Positions 1 to 14,983 are shown, counted from the stretch's first letter. The stretch: DNA of 64,000 nucleotides from Camelus dromedarius (GCF_036321535.1 NC_087436.1:71922001-71986000); one strand, 5' to 3'. Translations and numbers: made by a program. Notes: generated from the letters alone by a model not told the origin.

Positions 1-197
1 GATCTTCATCAGTAGTAACATAACTTGAATTTGCTGGTTGAAAATAGTTACTCTAGACATGTTTTTCTTTGGAGCAAATTCGTAGCTAAGTTTATCTACC
101 CAGCGACTTCTTTTTCATTTGCAGATTGCTCATGTAAACAAAAAGCTGAATTCTACTATGGGGAGAGAGGAGACTCTTTATCAGAGATTTGACCCTC

Positions 198-498
198 AGT
201 TGGGAAATTGGAAATGAGCTGGACAAACAAAATGAGATAATTGATGATCTTGCCGATGAGAAAGTTTGCGCTGAAACCAGATGTGTGAATCTGGTGGATA
301 GAAAGTCCACATCTTGTGGGATGATAATGGTGATCTTATTGCTGCTCATGGCTATTGTGGTCATAGCAGTCTGGCTTATCAACTAGTAGCAATCAAGGGC
401 CACCTGCTGTGACACCTGCCAGTGATGGGAAAAAGCTTAGCATCGTCTTGGTACACAAAGCTGCTCTCAATAAATTCCCCCAAAGCTCTGAAAAAAAA
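198..498 (+). pseudogene. STX8: 5'-truncated processed pseudogene of syntaxin-8 (SNARE C-terminus + TM anchor + 3'UTR + poly(A))
   Basis: Translation EIGNELDKQNEIIDDLA--DEKVCAETRCVNLVDRKSTSCGMIMVILLLLMAIVVIAVWLIN* matches the recalled STX8 C-terminus, with about 6 codons (NLVENT) missing. Intronless; AATAAA at 469-474; A-run at 491-498. Confidence 0.9.
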
Positions 499-644
499 TT
501 TTTTTCAAGGATTATTACTTTATTAGGACTAAATAAGCATGTCATGGGTCAGGGCATGGAAGGACTTATAACTAAGTTAGTTATGTAACTCTAAGGAAAT
601 TATTTTCCCTCTCTAGCCTATGACTTGTCATCCACAGATGAGAT

Positions 645-1040
645 TGAGTAGTATTCCATTGTATAAACATACCGCAACTTTTTATCTAGTCATCTGGTGA
701 TGGACATTAAGGTTGTTTCCGTGTCTTGGCTATTGTAAATAGTGCTGCTATGAACACTGGGGTGCATGGATCTTTTTGAATTAAGGTTCCCTCTGGATAT
801 ATGCCTAGGAGTGGGATTGCTGGATCGTATGGTAAGTCTCTTTGTAGTCTTTTGAGGACTCTGCATACTGTTTTCTATAATGGCTGCACCAAACTACATT
901 CCCACCAACAGTGTAGGAGGGTTCCCTTTTTCCACACCCTCTCCAGCACTTGTCGTTTGTGGACTTTTTAATTATGGCCATTCTGACTGGTGTGAGGTGA
1001 TACCTCATTGTAGTTTTGACTTGCATTTCTCTGATAATTA
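645..1040 (-). mobile_element. LINE-1 fragment (ORF2 C-terminus)
   Basis: Minus-strand ORF 805-1026 [32 protein letters not shown] is the L1 ORF2 C-terminal motif; close similarity to the L1 copies at about 24.3 kb and 29.4 kb. Confidence 0.9.
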
Positions 1041-1769
1041 TACTATATATTATAAATGTATATAAAGCAATTTTTTAAATAACAAAATACAGAATTTAGA
1101 TTAAAGAAATTGACCTATATAGTTACTTAGAATATTCCTTTAAAGTTCTGCCTTGAATCCTTGAATGCCTCTTCCAAGTAAAAATGAATTTTTCAAAAGC
1201 AATTGTACGTTATTAAGGTATTACATGTCTACCCTAAATGGCAATATTTCTTAGCAATTCATAATTTCTAAATATTAGTTCAAGAACAGAATTTACCCTG
1301 AAGTAATACAATTTCTTGACTCTATTTGTTGTCATTTTAAGATTGATAAAAGAAGCTGAAAAATCTCCAGGCTTACTAATACTTTATTTACAGCACAAGA
1401 ATATTGAATGTTTTTTTCCTTTGCTTCCATAACAAAGGAAACCTGAAAGTAAGCTCTGAATGTCTGTGACAATGGATCAGTGACTTACGAACATGACCTT
1501 GTATCTTCAGTATCATCAAGGTAACTTTTGCAGGAGTTTCACTACTTTATGTATCTTTCCGTTGCTTGTTCATTAACTCTCTTGTTTTTTGAAACCAATA
1601 ATATCTTTAATACGTTTCTGAAGGGCAGCTACATGAGGCTTAAGAGACTCAGTTTTTCACATTTACATCTGACTCATGACATTCTCTCAGACTAGCACGT
1701 GATTCTCTGGTTTCTGTGTTCAAGCCAAAATATTCCTCAATGACCATCACATACAACTAGCATTTTTTA

Positions 1770-3175
1770 TGGTTTCTTTTGAGATATAATTCACATGCTA
1801 TACAGTTCACTTATTTAAGGTGTACAGTTCAAGGACTTGTATATTCATAGAATCATGCATCCATCACCACCATCAATTTTTAGAACATTTCCTTGCCCTG
1901 ACAAAACCCCAACGTTCCCTAGTGATCACCCCTCAATCTCCTCATCTTCCCCAGGCCTAGGCAGCTGTTAATCTATTTTCTGTCTCTATCAATTTGTCCA
2001 TTCTTGACAATTCACATAAATTGAAGCATGCAATATATGGTACTTTGTGACTGTTTTTCCCACTGAGCATAATGTTTTCAGGGTTCACTCATGTTGTGGC
2101 ATGGATCATTACTTCATCTTTTTTTAATGACTGAATAATTGTTGTATGAATATACCACATTTTGTTTATCCATTCATTAATAATGGACCTTTGAGTTTTT
2201 CCACTTTTTGGCTATTATGAATAATGGTGCTGTGAACATGTATGTGCACATTTTTGTGTGGGTATGTTTTCATTTCCCTTGGGTATATACCTAGGAATGG
2301 AATGACTGGATCATGTAGCAGCTTTATGTTTAACCACCTGAGGAGCTTTCAGACTGTCTTCCAAAGTGACAGCACCATTTTACAGCCCTACCAGCAATGC
2401 ATAAAAGTTCTAATTTTTCTGCATTCTTGCTAAAACTCATTATTGTCTGTCTTTTTTTATTATAATCACCCTGCTGGGTGTGAAATGGCATCTGATTATG
2501 GTTTTGATTTGCATTTCCCTGATGGCTGATAATATTGAGCAGTTTTCATATGCTTATTGACCATTTGTATATCTTTTTTAGAGAACCATCTATTCAGATT
2601 GCTGATTTTTGAATTCGGAAATTTATGTTATTATTGAGTTGTAATGGTTCCTTTTATATTCTAGATACAAGTCAGATATATGATTTACAAAAAATTTACT
2701 TCATTCTATGGACTGACTTTACTTTCCTGATGATGTCCATTGGAGCACAAGAGTTTTTATCCTGATGAAGTCCAATTTGTCTATTTTTACTTTTGTAGCT
2801 TGTGCTTTGGGTTTCATGTTGAAATAATCATTGCCTAATCCAAGGTCATGAAGATTTATGACTATATCCTTCTAAAAGTTTAATAGTTTTTCTCTCACAT
2901 TTAGGTCTTTGATATATTTTGAGTTAATTTTTGTATTTGTTGTGAGGTAAGGGTCCCACTTCATTGTTTTGCATTTGGCTAGTCATTTGTCCCAGCACTA
3001 TTTGTTTATAAGATTATTCTTTCCCCATTAGTGGTCTTGGCATCCTTACCTAAAATCTGTTGACCATAGATGTATGGGTTCATTTCTAGAGTCTTAATTC
3101 TATTATATTAATTTATATGTTTACCCTTATGCCAATACCACATTGTCCTGATTACTGAAGCTTTGCCGTAAGTTC
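1770..3175 (-). mobile_element. Old LINE-1 (L1M-type) 3' fragment
   Basis: Typical antisense L1 3'UTR/ORF2 sequence (gagatataattcacat..., tttatccattcatt..., gatttgcatttccctgatg...), degenerate. Confidence 0.85.
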
Positions 3176-3289
3176 TGAATGATCATCTTATTTCCAAATC
3201 AGTTTTGACATGTACATGTAATTTGTTTATCTTGGGTTGTATTTAAGAGGTAGTTGGTACTAGTATATCTTTATAATTTGGAGTTTTAT

Positions 3290-3500
3290 GATTAGAGGCG
3301 ATAAAGCATAATGGTTATGGGCATAAGGATTTAGAGTCAAGAGAGACCTGGATTTGAAATGACTGTACCACTTCCAGATGTGGAAACTTGTATAATCCTC
3401 TCCAAGCTTTAGTTTCCAGTCTTAAAATGGGAACAATAATACATTGGTAGATTTTTGTGAGGATTAAATGAGTTAATATATAAAAAGTGCTCAGTAAAGA
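3290..3500. mobile_element. MIR SINE fragment
   Basis: MIR core-like sequence (agacctggatttgaa...aaaatgggaacaataata...gtgaggattaaatgag...aaagtgctcag). Confidence 0.65.
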
Positions 3501-6500
3501 TAGGCTTTATTTTCCCGGACAAAATGTCAATCTGCATGACATGTTTACCATGTGTATACAGTGACAGTATATTGGTTTACACTCTGTTTAAGAAAATAGC
3601 AATAAATTCCCAGGAATTTAGAGCTCATTTTTCTACAAATATGAGAAAAAAAATGGGAGCTCATTTTTTTCCAGAAGAGAAAAGTAAAGTAAAACTGCCT
3701 GTGGAGAACTGTGGGGAGGAGGAGGCAGAAAGAATCTATGCGTGGTCCTTATCCAGGAATTTAAGAAAATTTCTTTCTCTAATAATTCTTTTAAAATAGT
3801 TTAAATTGTTGGTCTGCCTGTAAAGGCTTGTAGCCTCCTTTGCAGACATCAAAGAATGTACTTTCAAACAACCTCTTGGAATCCCTTCTCAAAACTTATT
3901 ACTGAATATGGGCCTCTAGGAGAGAGATCAGGGTAGGTTTCTACTTGATCTATTTCATCTCTTAGATCATAATTTCAGGTGTATTTTAAAACATAAATTT
4001 TTAAAAACCGTAAATCTTTAAAAAAAATTATATAACAGGAGTTCAGAGGACGTAAGTTAAGCACTTTTTTCCAGCTGTAGTGACCAATCTACTAAATTCA
4101 GGCATTAGCACGATTACTATATTGAAAAGGTCTTGGGCTCTTTTTCTGTTATATTTAGGAAAATATTTGCTGCAATTTTCTTTTCCAAATTACTCCCGGA
4201 AGAAAACTTCAGTGGCCTCATCCACAAGTAGCTCAAGCGAAAAGTATGCTGGGGATTCTGAATAGTCAGCGATGCAACACGAGGTGGCACTCTAGTCCCA
4301 GTGAGTGCTATAGAGCAGTATGTCAGATAAAGCACATGCAACTTCAGAAGACTGTGGTAGGTCTGAGTGCCACTGGGAGACTGCCTAACAGACTGAATGG
4401 TTAACCGGGCACAGAGCCATAGGTGGGATTGAGAAAGTAAGGCAGTACAATAGGGCAGAGGGCAGAAAGTAGAATAGCAACAACCTGAGAAAAATAACTA
4501 TTGTCTGGACTAGTGCTTTATAGTGCACTGACTATTGTAGTACTGATTAATATAGTACACCTTTATAATTTATTAATCCTCATAACAGTCTTTTCACTGT
4601 TGCTCCATACGCATGCCTAAAACAAATATTAGATAATGACATTTCTGTGTAGAAATTATGGCTTCTCGTGGTCTTCAGGATAAAAATCCCACTTTGTCTC
4701 CAATCTTCAGCCTTTCTTCATGACTGAAACATCTGAAGTTCCTGAAATGCATCTGCCCTCTTTGTCTCTGTGATTCTGTGCATGATAGCATTCTACCTAG
4801 AACCTTCTTTGCCCTTTCATCTTCATGGATGGTTTCTGCCCCACTTTTCTGAATCAACACAGCTACTACCTTCTGGAAGCTGTCATTGACCACCTCCACT
4901 GGGCAGGAATGTGAGGATTGAAGCTAACACGTGAAATACCTAACAGAGTATAGGTGTCTAACGAATGGTATCTGTTGCTATCATAACAACTCCAGTCATT
5001 TTAGTCTATTTACACATCAATCATTTTTGTTTGAATAATTACTATTTTCTGGGCCCATTTTCAGGTCTGTTATGTTTTCATTGCTAGGTAATTACCAGAA
5101 TGCCACTTAATATTTCCAGTGTGGAATCTTCTTTATGCAAGTGTAAGGCAACATTTTCTGTTTTGTTTCAGTGTTCTCCCTGATTAATTCATCCAATAAA
5201 TGCTTTCTTACTTCTTAAATACAAGGTGCTGTTCTAAGCACTGAGAGTATATAATGATCATTTTCCTGAATTACAATTGATAGGTTGTTTTCTGCTATTT
5301 TCTAACCATAGTTTATGTTAGTAATTTCCAAATTCATTAACCATTGCCCACAGGAAATCTCTTAACACTCCTCTGCTAATTAACACTGCCTGAAAGATCC
5401 TCTTGATATTTATCATTATATGTTTGGATTAAAAGAAGCTCTCAATCCCATTAGAGGACCTAATGTCAACCATAAAATGTGTCCATTTTTTGAGATTTTG
5501 TGGAGAACTGTGAACTAAGGCTTTTGAATAGTCAGGGTCCTGGCAAGAATCAGAAGGCACCTCAAAGTAGGAAACCTAAGAGTAAGACTGCTTACAAAGG
5601 TGTGGACAAAGTTTAGAAAAGGAAACTAAACCAGGGTTAACCAAATGAGTTGGGAGGCAGTACTCCTCCTAGGCTTCATGAAGCTAGCAGATATCGGGAC
5701 CCAGAGAGGGTAGCTATCAGGAGAAACCTGCTTGACCAGGGCTGAAGCCCTCCACAGAGAGATGCAGCCCATTCATGGTGACCAGCAGGCAGGGAGCCTG
5801 GGAAATTAATGTCCTCACTCATTCTCCTACCAACCCCAATCTGCCACCAGGGGCAAATGATTCAGTTGATGTAGTCCATGCAGGTCAGTCTCCTGTGACA
5901 TAGATCAGGGTGGAGGAGGTAGTGTAGATCTGCAGAAGCAAGTGGAAGAAAACTCAGCCTTAATAGGCCATAACTTGTTCATACACTGGGAAACCTAGCT
6001 ATTCATAATTTTCTTTTATTAAAAGAAATATGACTTTATCACTAAACTTTGCTATCATTTCTATAAACCAGTCCCCTTTTCATGAAAGAATATTCTCTCT
6101 CCCTACTTTTCCATCCTCAGTTCATTCAATCAATATTTATTGAATTCTTCTTTCGGCAAGTTTTACAGCACAGAAATAAAGACTGTTCAATCTCAAGGTC
6201 TCACCATCAGATAGGGGATAAGAGAAATAAGTAAACAATCACTCTATGGAGTACTGTAAGCATGATTAATTAGGGGGAAACACAAGGGCAATGGGAGCTC
6301 ACAGACGAGGTGTCTACCTTAGATTATAGGTCGTCTGGGAAGGCTTCCTGGAGGAGGTGATTTAGGCAGACTCCTTGGTCAGGTTTAATTAGTTTCTCTT
6401 TTTTCCCATATTTATTTAATCTTTAAATCTTTAGTCTGAGATCTATAGTTGATTATGTGACTATGAATTTTCTTACTTCTTTTCCAATTTCACCTTCTTA

Positions 6501-8109
6501 AATCTTAATTATGCTATATTAGGTTGCTTAAATGGATATCAGCAATTTGCATTTCACAAAATTGTTGGATCAGTCTCTGGAACTATTTTTTATCATCTTG
6601 CATTTGGAATGACTATTGTGATACTATTTTATTTGACTGATTTTGGGGGGTGGGCAGGGAATTTTAGTGTTTTGGGAATTGCTTAATTAGAAGCTGGGCA
6701 AAGACATTCTTTGTTGGTGTGATTTACTTATGCAAATATTCAAGTGACTCTGATAAAAAGACGCTATCTGCATAGGACATGTTTGTTTATGTAGTTAAGT
6801 TTTAATACTGTCTTTAACCACCGTGAACATAAATTTGGGGGCACATCTCAGAATCCTGTCTTTAGATAAACTACAAAGTATGGATTACCATGTCAAATGG
6901 TATGAACATTTTTATGGTTCTTATTAAATACTGCCACATTGCATTTAGAAAGTTTATACACTGTTATATACAAATGTCACATGCTGTCTCTACCACTATT
7001 ACTGATATATTTTTGATATTTTATAATTTTCGTTTGCTTCTTCCTGTTAGCTGGCTATTCATGTCAGCTTTGCTATAGCAATGGCCTTTTACCCCAACAA
7101 CAGCAGTTGGTTCCAGTTTTCACTTCTTTATATATTCCCAGAAATAGCCTTACTGTGCTGCTTCAGAAATATGAGCAGCTATAGTGCTACCCCTCCTCAG
7201 TTGTCTGGGTCTCAGCTTCCTCCTAGATTCATTATGCTATCTTCTATTTTGTGTGTGTTTGAAGTTTTCTGTCATATGTTCTGATAATCTCATATTTTCC
7301 CTTTGTCCATTTTTCCATTAGCATTAGAGTTTTTGTTGATTAAGAGCTAAATCATCTGGTCTGTCATGCCTGAAGGCAGAAATTTCCATGGTTATTATTA
7401 TTTTAATCTCTATTGTAACTTTGTTTATGTGTTCTTTTTCAATTCAATTTTTTGTGCTCCCTCTGTCTTTAATTGAAATATAGTTGACATACAATATTAT
7501 GTTAGTTTTAGATATACCACATAATGACTTGACATTTGCTTTCTCTCTCTTTTATTTGAGTGATTGTGCCAGAGATTTGGAAATTTTGTTCACATTTTAA
7601 AAGAACCATGTTTGCATTTAATGAATTTCTCCATTGCATCTTTCCTGTTCCATCAACTTCTGCTCTTATCCACATTCTTTCTGTCTTATATATATTATAC
7701 CTCCTTCTTCCTTCTAATTTCCTTCTGAACTTCCTTTGGCAGATTTTAACAGGAATTAGCTGACAAAAGAGAAAGGCAATTTTCAGAATCGTAGTCCCAG
7801 CTTTACAAAATACAGAAAAGAAGAATAGAGTTTGGAGCTGAGAAATAATCATTTAAGAACCAACAAATTTTATTCAAATAATCTACTTTTGGAATTTGAC
7901 TTTTATTTTCCAGTGAAGAAAAATTTTAAAATTGTATCCTCCCCTCCCTTTTCTTTCCTCCTCCTCCTCTTCCTTCTTTTGTTATATTTCTAGGTACAGG
8001 TAAAATAAAGATTATATATAGAAGAGTTGGAAAGGTTTTACTATTTAGGTCTTTCTCAGTATACATTACATACTTGAAACACTGCATTTGCTGCAAGTTT
8101 TAGTGAACT

Positions 8110-8320
8110 AACAGCATGGTGAGTGATAAGAGCCAGGTGCTTAAGTCAAATCTGGGTTTAAATTCTGGTTAACTTACTAACAGGTCTATGACTTTGGCCA
8201 AGTTACCTAACTTCTCCAAGCCTCAATTTCCTTATTTGCTGTGAGAATTAAGTGAAATAATACCTATAAAAGTCAGTGCTTCACACATGATGGGTACTCA
8301 GTAAATGCTAGCTTTTTTAT
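8110..8320. mobile_element. MIR SINE fragment
   Basis: tctgggtttaaattctgg...gactttggccaagttacctaacttctccaagcctcaatttcc MIR core. Confidence 0.7.
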
Positions 8321-11300
8321 TATAATTACACACACCCAACCAGTATGGAATATTTGCCCTTTCACATAAAACACTGTAGAAATGCCTGTCATCTATTTAT
8401 GCCCTGAAGTCCAAAGGTAGAAGAACTTAATGTTTAAAAGTTACCATGGCCATGGAGTGAAAGTTGCATGAAAAAACAAATATTTGGATGAACACCAAGG
8501 AAGCTAAAGGTGGTTAAAATATTAGCTGGCTGACAAAATAATTCAAGTTGCTTAATAGTGTACAAAGGCACTGCAAAACACTCTTTTTAGATGTGTAATA
8601 TCTTTACCTTTAAGTTCTTTCTAAGACATCTAAGAATTAGGAAAATAAGATTTTTTATGTCATAAATATATGAGTTATGCTCACCTGGAGAGGTTTTTGA
8701 TTCCTAGAAGTGAAAGAAAAACATTTTTATAGTATTAATTTTTCTTTTATATGAATGTGTTACTTGTAAATTTCTAGCCTTATAATTCACGTACTACTTG
8801 AAATGCATTAGATATTTAAATAATTGTCTTCAAGAAGCAGCAGTAATTCTCCTGCTACCCTGGCTCCTACTGAAACTGGGTTTCTTTGCACAAGCCTATA
8901 TACTAAGTGGCAGTCAAAGACCTGTGTAATGAAGTCAATTCTGTTCCACAAATGTGATCTGAGCACCTGAAATAAGCCGAAGAGCTTTGCAAACAGGACT
9001 GTCATCCATGAACCAAAAGGCTACATGTGCCTGTATTGCTGAAAGAAGCTAGCAGGGCACACCAATTTAAACCACCATTTGGAGCATCAACTTAGTAGAG
9101 GGACAGACATCTGGGCAAACATAATTTACTAATAGGTAACTAATATAAAGCTTTTTGGTTAATTAATGTTAATGTTTCTGAAAAGGTCCATGCCTTTCTT
9201 TTGAGTACTCTGTAGTATTTTTCAGCTTATTTTCTTCTTATCATTTCATTGCTAAATTTGTTTTTTTCTCTCAAACTCTGATTTCCATTTAGCTTGTAGA
9301 ATTGAATTAGGCCTGTTTAGTATTGTTGCTAATCAGACACGTGCCATGATTATCATTTCAGTTGCCTTTGGATTGTGATTCACAACAAAAAATATTAAAA
9401 TAACATTAATGCACTCTAACTTTGTCTGTTGCCCAGCACTGTGATGTGAGAGAGGTTGGGAATCTTCGGGTTTTACAGATGATGACCGAGGAGCAGATAG
9501 GTTAGATCTGCAAACCAAATTACAGAGCAATTTAGAACAGACCAGAGATTAGAACTCAGGCTCCCTCACTCCCAGTACAGTCCCCTTTGTATACTCAACA
9601 GAATTTTCTCACCATTTGAATAATGTTACAAAGCCTTCCCACATACCTCAAAGAGCAAATAAAAGATTTAAGTATTCTAAAGTGTTTGATCTCCCTGTCA
9701 AAATATATTTGCATCATTTATATTTTGAAAATTTTCATGGAGTGTGTTTAATAGAAACAAGATTGCTTTAACTTTGTTGTAAGAAGCCATCTCGAGCTCT
9801 TGGTATACACTGTGTAACTGGGTAAACGTTAGAAATAATATGTAATTTGGTGAGACACTAGAAACAAAGATTAGGAAATTACATAAAAATGGTCCTTAGG
9901 ATATATATTTTTTTCTATTTAAAAAAATAATTTTCTTCTATAGAAATGGTATAACTACATCATAGAATATCTGGAAACTTCAATGGGAGAAAAATTCTGA
10001 TACTGTTCTAGAAATATAATCACATCACTATTTTGTTTTCTAGTTTACACTCTCTCCTCACATGTATTTACTTTTTACATAATTATACTCACAGAACACA
10101 TACAATTTCAATCCTGACTTTCCTTTACCTAATGTCGTAACATAACCTGCATTATTCATTCAAATGAGAAAATCCAAAAGGAAAAGTTAAATTTTCAAAT
10201 ACTTTTAACTGTGAGTCAATTATAAATTGATCACTGAAAGGATGATTAAGTTTTAAACATGAAAGACTTTTAAGTCAAAGTTGTTAAACCAGAGTGAGAA
10301 AATAATTATAAAATAGAGCTTACTATTAAAAATGAAGTGAAAATTATTTTTGATGCAACACACTTAACAATATGAACCATGTGTCTTTTAATTTGGTGAT
10401 TCTTTAATTTTCCAGGGAAGCTTTTTCTTGTTCATTTCCATGCTTAAACATTTTTTCCTAGTTAGCCTAAGGCACCTAACTGCTATCTTTTGGGAGTTGG
10501 TGAAATTTGGACTCATGAAAAGAATGTAAAGGGAAAGAAAAGAATGACTTCTAGAATTTGTTTTAAAATAGTTCAGAAGGAAAAGGTGAGTTACATATGA
10601 AACAACATCAAAAAATGTTGATAATTTCTGAACCTGGGTGATGCATACATTTGATTATTTTCTCTACTATTGTATAATATTGCAAATTTTAAATAATATA
10701 TAAAAACAAAATAGAGTGGTAGAACTTTTTTTTCAGCCAAGAAAAATTCTTAGAATAGCTTTGAAATCTAGAGGGAAAAAAAAAGATTTTTCCAAATTCT
10801 TAATTCCCATTAATATCAAGAACCAGATTTGAGGGACTCTGATCATAGTTTCTTCCAAGCTTTGAAATGGTACTGCCTCTGATGATGCTGTTTGTTCTTC
10901 CAGGGTGGAAGGGGCATCTGAAGAAAGTGGAAAGCCTAAATCTGCCTATTCTGTCCCCAGGAGATGGTGAGAAGTAGATACCAAGCGTCATGAAACGCAT
11001 GCCCTGACCTCCCCTCTCCAGGGTGAAGTCCTGGAAAGAAGATGTGTTAGATCAGTTGAGGGCATGGGTGCATTCATTCTGGTGAGTGGGTGTTGAGAGC
11101 AGAGAGGTTTTTCTCCATCCTCTGGTCTGCTGGGCGTCTGCCACTCTGCAGGGAGGCCCTGCTCCATGTGGGACAGCCCTAACAGAGTAAATGGCTGGAG
11201 CAATGTGCATGGGCCAAGACAGGGTATGCTTCACACTCCAGATCCTCCTTCTCCATGAGCTATAGACTCAGGAACAGACAGCAAAGTGCCCAGAGTTGGG

Positions 11301-11546
11301 TTCTTACCACACTTCAGGGGGCAGTGCACATCTGCAGTACATTTACAGACCTTCCACTTTCCTGAAAGCCACAAGGGCACATGGACCTTCTCCATTTATA
11401 CAGCTTGATGCCATTTAGGGAAAAGTGCTGAGAGGGTGGGTGCAACGTGAAAGAACAGCCACTTAAATCAAACCAAACCAAACCAAACCAAACAGAAAAG
11501 ACTGAGTTCTGAAGCAGATTATTTAAAGTAGGAGAGCTAGAGATAC

Positions 11547-11903
11547 TGCTATAGACTGAATTGTGTCCCCCCTTCAACAAAATTCATTTGTTGAAGCTCT
11601 AACCCTCAATGTGCTTGTATTTGCAAATAGGACCTTTAGGGGGTGATTTGGTTTAGATAAGATCATTCCATCTTCATAATGGAACTAGTACACTTAGTGC
11701 CTCTCTCTCTGTCTCTCTCTCTGCCATGTGAGAATACAGAGAGATGACCATCTGCAAGCCAGAAAGAGAGCTCTCTTCAACCTGACCATGTTGGAACCCT
11801 GATCTAGGACCTCCAGCCTCCATAACAGTAAGAAAACAGATTTATGTTCTTTAAGCCACCTAGTCTATGGTATTTTGTCATGGCAGCCTGGGCTGGCTAA
11901 CAC
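11547..11903 (+). mobile_element. MaLR solo LTR (MLT1A-like)
   Basis: Starts tgctatagactgaattgtgtcccc and ends tttaagccacctagtctatggtattttgtcatggcagcc...ctaacaca; TG...CA ends and MLT1 hallmark motifs. Confidence 0.8.
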
Positions 11904-13409
11904 AGATACTATAATTCAAAAATTAAAAATTTATCCCATTTCCTACTACTCAGTGGGGAATGAACTTATAACTGCTTATGGAAAACATAAAGGTATATTT
12001 TTATCACACATCTGAGTGTAATAAGAATAAATGTTTAATTCCATTATGGTAATATACATATATGGTAATTATTCCAAATCACGCAAAATGGTTTACCAAA
12101 CAAGTGAGCTAGTCTCTAACCTAGCTTCTGGGATTCCATTCCATTACCTTAGAAATTATTATTCTTTCAGAAATACCCTGCTCACATGTAAACGTATCTG
12201 TCTTTGTGAGAAGCTGCCAATTGTGCACCAGTACCCACTCTCCCTTCTTCCTATAATAATAATAGGCAATCAAGTTTAGCTGGGCACAACTAGCTAATAA
12301 CTGCATTTCCATCCTTCCTTGGGACTAGATTTGTCCATGTGACTATACTCTGGCCAACAGGATATGAGTAAAAGACAAGATATGCCTTTTCTGGATGTCT
12401 TTCAAGGGAATGAGCCTATTTCCCCAGCTCTTTCCCTGTTTTCCACTAAACTGGAGTTTGGAGAGAGTGAAACAATTGCTTTGAGTCCGGAGATGGGAGG
12501 CATCATGTCAAGAAAGGCTACTCTATCAGTCCTAGATGGCTTATATGGATATTACTTTACAGAGAAATAAAGTTTGTATTTTAATTAAGCCACTGTATTT
12601 TGAGGTCTCTCTGTTATTGAAGAATAGTGCCCTAAATGATATTATACATAACTATCTTTTTTTTTTAAGCAAACAGAAGCATACTCTAACACTAGTTTGT
12701 ATCTTGTTTTATTTTTTTAAATTATTAACATGCTTAAAAATCTTTTTAGTTCTCTTTTCTCTTCTTATTCTATCCAGTGTCTCAAAAAATTCTACACATC
12801 CCATGTATTTATTCAGTGTTTATCAGGAGCCTATTATGTGCTACACCTTTAAGTACCTGCTGTGACAGTACATAGGGGCAGGATAGAGGCTGATGTCCCC
12901 AGAAACAATCTTCATTTAATGAGGGACAGAGTTGGTGACAATTCTGAAGTGTACTCCACTCAGCCTCTCAAGAGGTCTCCAGGGGGACTGAGCCTCAGCT
13001 GCCCACAGCCGTACCTACCCGTCAACACATCCTTCATGGGCATCTCTTGGTTGTCTTAGTTTCCGTTTGCCTCACTCTGCCTTCAGGGATCACTTTCTGA
13101 TAAATTCTGTGCATCTAGTCCTGATCTCAGAGTCTGTTTTGAGAGAAACCAAAGTAAGACAATGGTCCAGGAGGATTTACTTCTCAGGAGGAGACTTGAG
13201 TAGAAATGTCCTGTGAGGGAGCAAGCCTTGTGAATCTCTGAAAGAAGAGAAAGGAGCAAATCTAAAGGGCTGGAGGTGGGAATATGCTTGGTCATTTTTA
13301 AGAACAGCAAAGTGACTGTCTGGCTGGAGTGGGGCATGTGAGGAGGGAGTGGTAGGAGATGCTTGGAGGCTTAGTCTGGGGCTGATTTAACCAAGTTAAG
13401 AGGAGATCA

Positions 13410-13770
13410 GTGGTATGGACCCTAATCCAACATGACTGGTGTCCTTATAAAAAGGGGAAATTTTGACTCAGAGACATACACAAAGAGGGAAGAAGGTTTG
13501 AAGACACATAGGGACATAGGGAGGAATGTCTTGTGAAAACAGAGGATTGGAGTGATGCATCTGCAAGCCAAGGGATGCCCGAGTCTACCAGAAGCTGGGA
13601 GAGAAGCCTGAAACAGATCTTTCCCCAGCACCTTTATAGAGAGTATGACCCTGCAGATACACTGATGTTGGACTTCTGGCTTCCAGACTGTAAGACAATA
13701 AATATCACTTGTTTTAAGCCACCTAGTGTTTGGTACTTTGTTACAGCAGCCCTAGCAAACTAGTATAGAG
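13410..13770 (+). mobile_element. MaLR LTR fragment (MLT1B/C/D-like)
   Basis: cctaatccaacatgactggtgtccttataaaaagggg...gcaagccaagggatgcc...ttttaagccacctagtgtttggtactttgttacagcagccctagcaaacta. Confidence 0.8.
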
Positions 13771-14754
13771 GCCAATAAAAATCAAGCTGACACATACCAC
13801 AGAATTTAGGCTATCATCATAAATGAGAGAATCTAGTAACTTTAAAGGTGGATATGAAAGATGGTAGGTCTAACTGAAGGATTAAATGTAATTTAAAAAG
13901 CATTTATCTCTTCAGATCCCACTTCCTCTTTATGCATCCAGATGACTACCCTTCCCTTATTATACTAGGATACTGAAGATTTAGTCAATAAAGTTGTTGA
14001 ACCAGAAAATCTTTGGACTCAGGAAGAAGCAAGGATGAGATGCTATATTGAAAATAGGAAACATAAATGAAAGTATTTTAAATAGTGAGATCTCTGATCT
14101 CCAGAAGACTGGCTGCCAAATTTCTATATCTAAGCAGAAAATTAAGAAAATTTATTTCTGAGGAAACCATCAGACCCAAGAGTAAAGAGCAACAAAATAT
14201 CTGGATCCTATGATCACCCTGCAGCAAAGCCCAGAGTCAATATATTCCACAAGTCTGACAAAATCTCCAAATAATATTTACTGTCTTATTTTAAAATATA
14301 TATGGGAAACTAAGAATCACTAGGCAGTTGAGAGGAGTCTCTTACAAAGGAGATGAGAAAACACAGACAATCAGAGGATACAGAAAATACTAGCCACAGA
14401 AGAAAATGAAACAGTACAAAAATCTGTAGTAAATCTTATAGAGACAAGAAAAGATAACACAGAATCTGTGAAAAAAGAACACGAGGTTGTAAAAACAGGA
14501 CCTTAAAGACCTAAAAATAAATTAAAACATATAATAGAATAAAAGAAATCATCAACAGAATTTGGATTGGAAAACCAAGTTGAGGAAGTAGCTCAGAAAG
14601 TAGAACAAAACTACAAAGACATAAAAGATAAGAAAACTAGAGCGTTTGTGCAAGAGGTTCAGCATTCAAGCTACAATTTGCGTAAGGAGAAAAAGGAAAA
14701 GAAGAAATTGTCAGTGAAACAATGCAAGGAATTTCCTTAGACCTGAAGGAATTA

Positions 14755-14983
14755 TAGCTGACCTTTGAACAACACAGATTTGAACAGCACAGGTCCACTT
14801 ATATACAATTTTTCTTTTTTTTTTTTTTTCAGTAGTAATAGTACAATACTACACCATTCACAGTTGGTTGAATGTGTGGATGCAGAACCACGATCCAGAG
14901 AGCCTACTGCAAAGTTATAAGCAGATTTTTGACTGTACAGACTGTCGGCATCCCTAACCCCCGCGTTGTTCAAGGGTCGACTG
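14755..14983. mobile_element. Tigger-family non-autonomous element (MER8-like)
   Basis: Terminal inverted repeats tagctgacctttgaacaacac / gcgttgttcaagggtcgactg, flanked by TA on both sides (14753-54, 14984-85); about 230 bp. Confidence 0.85.
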
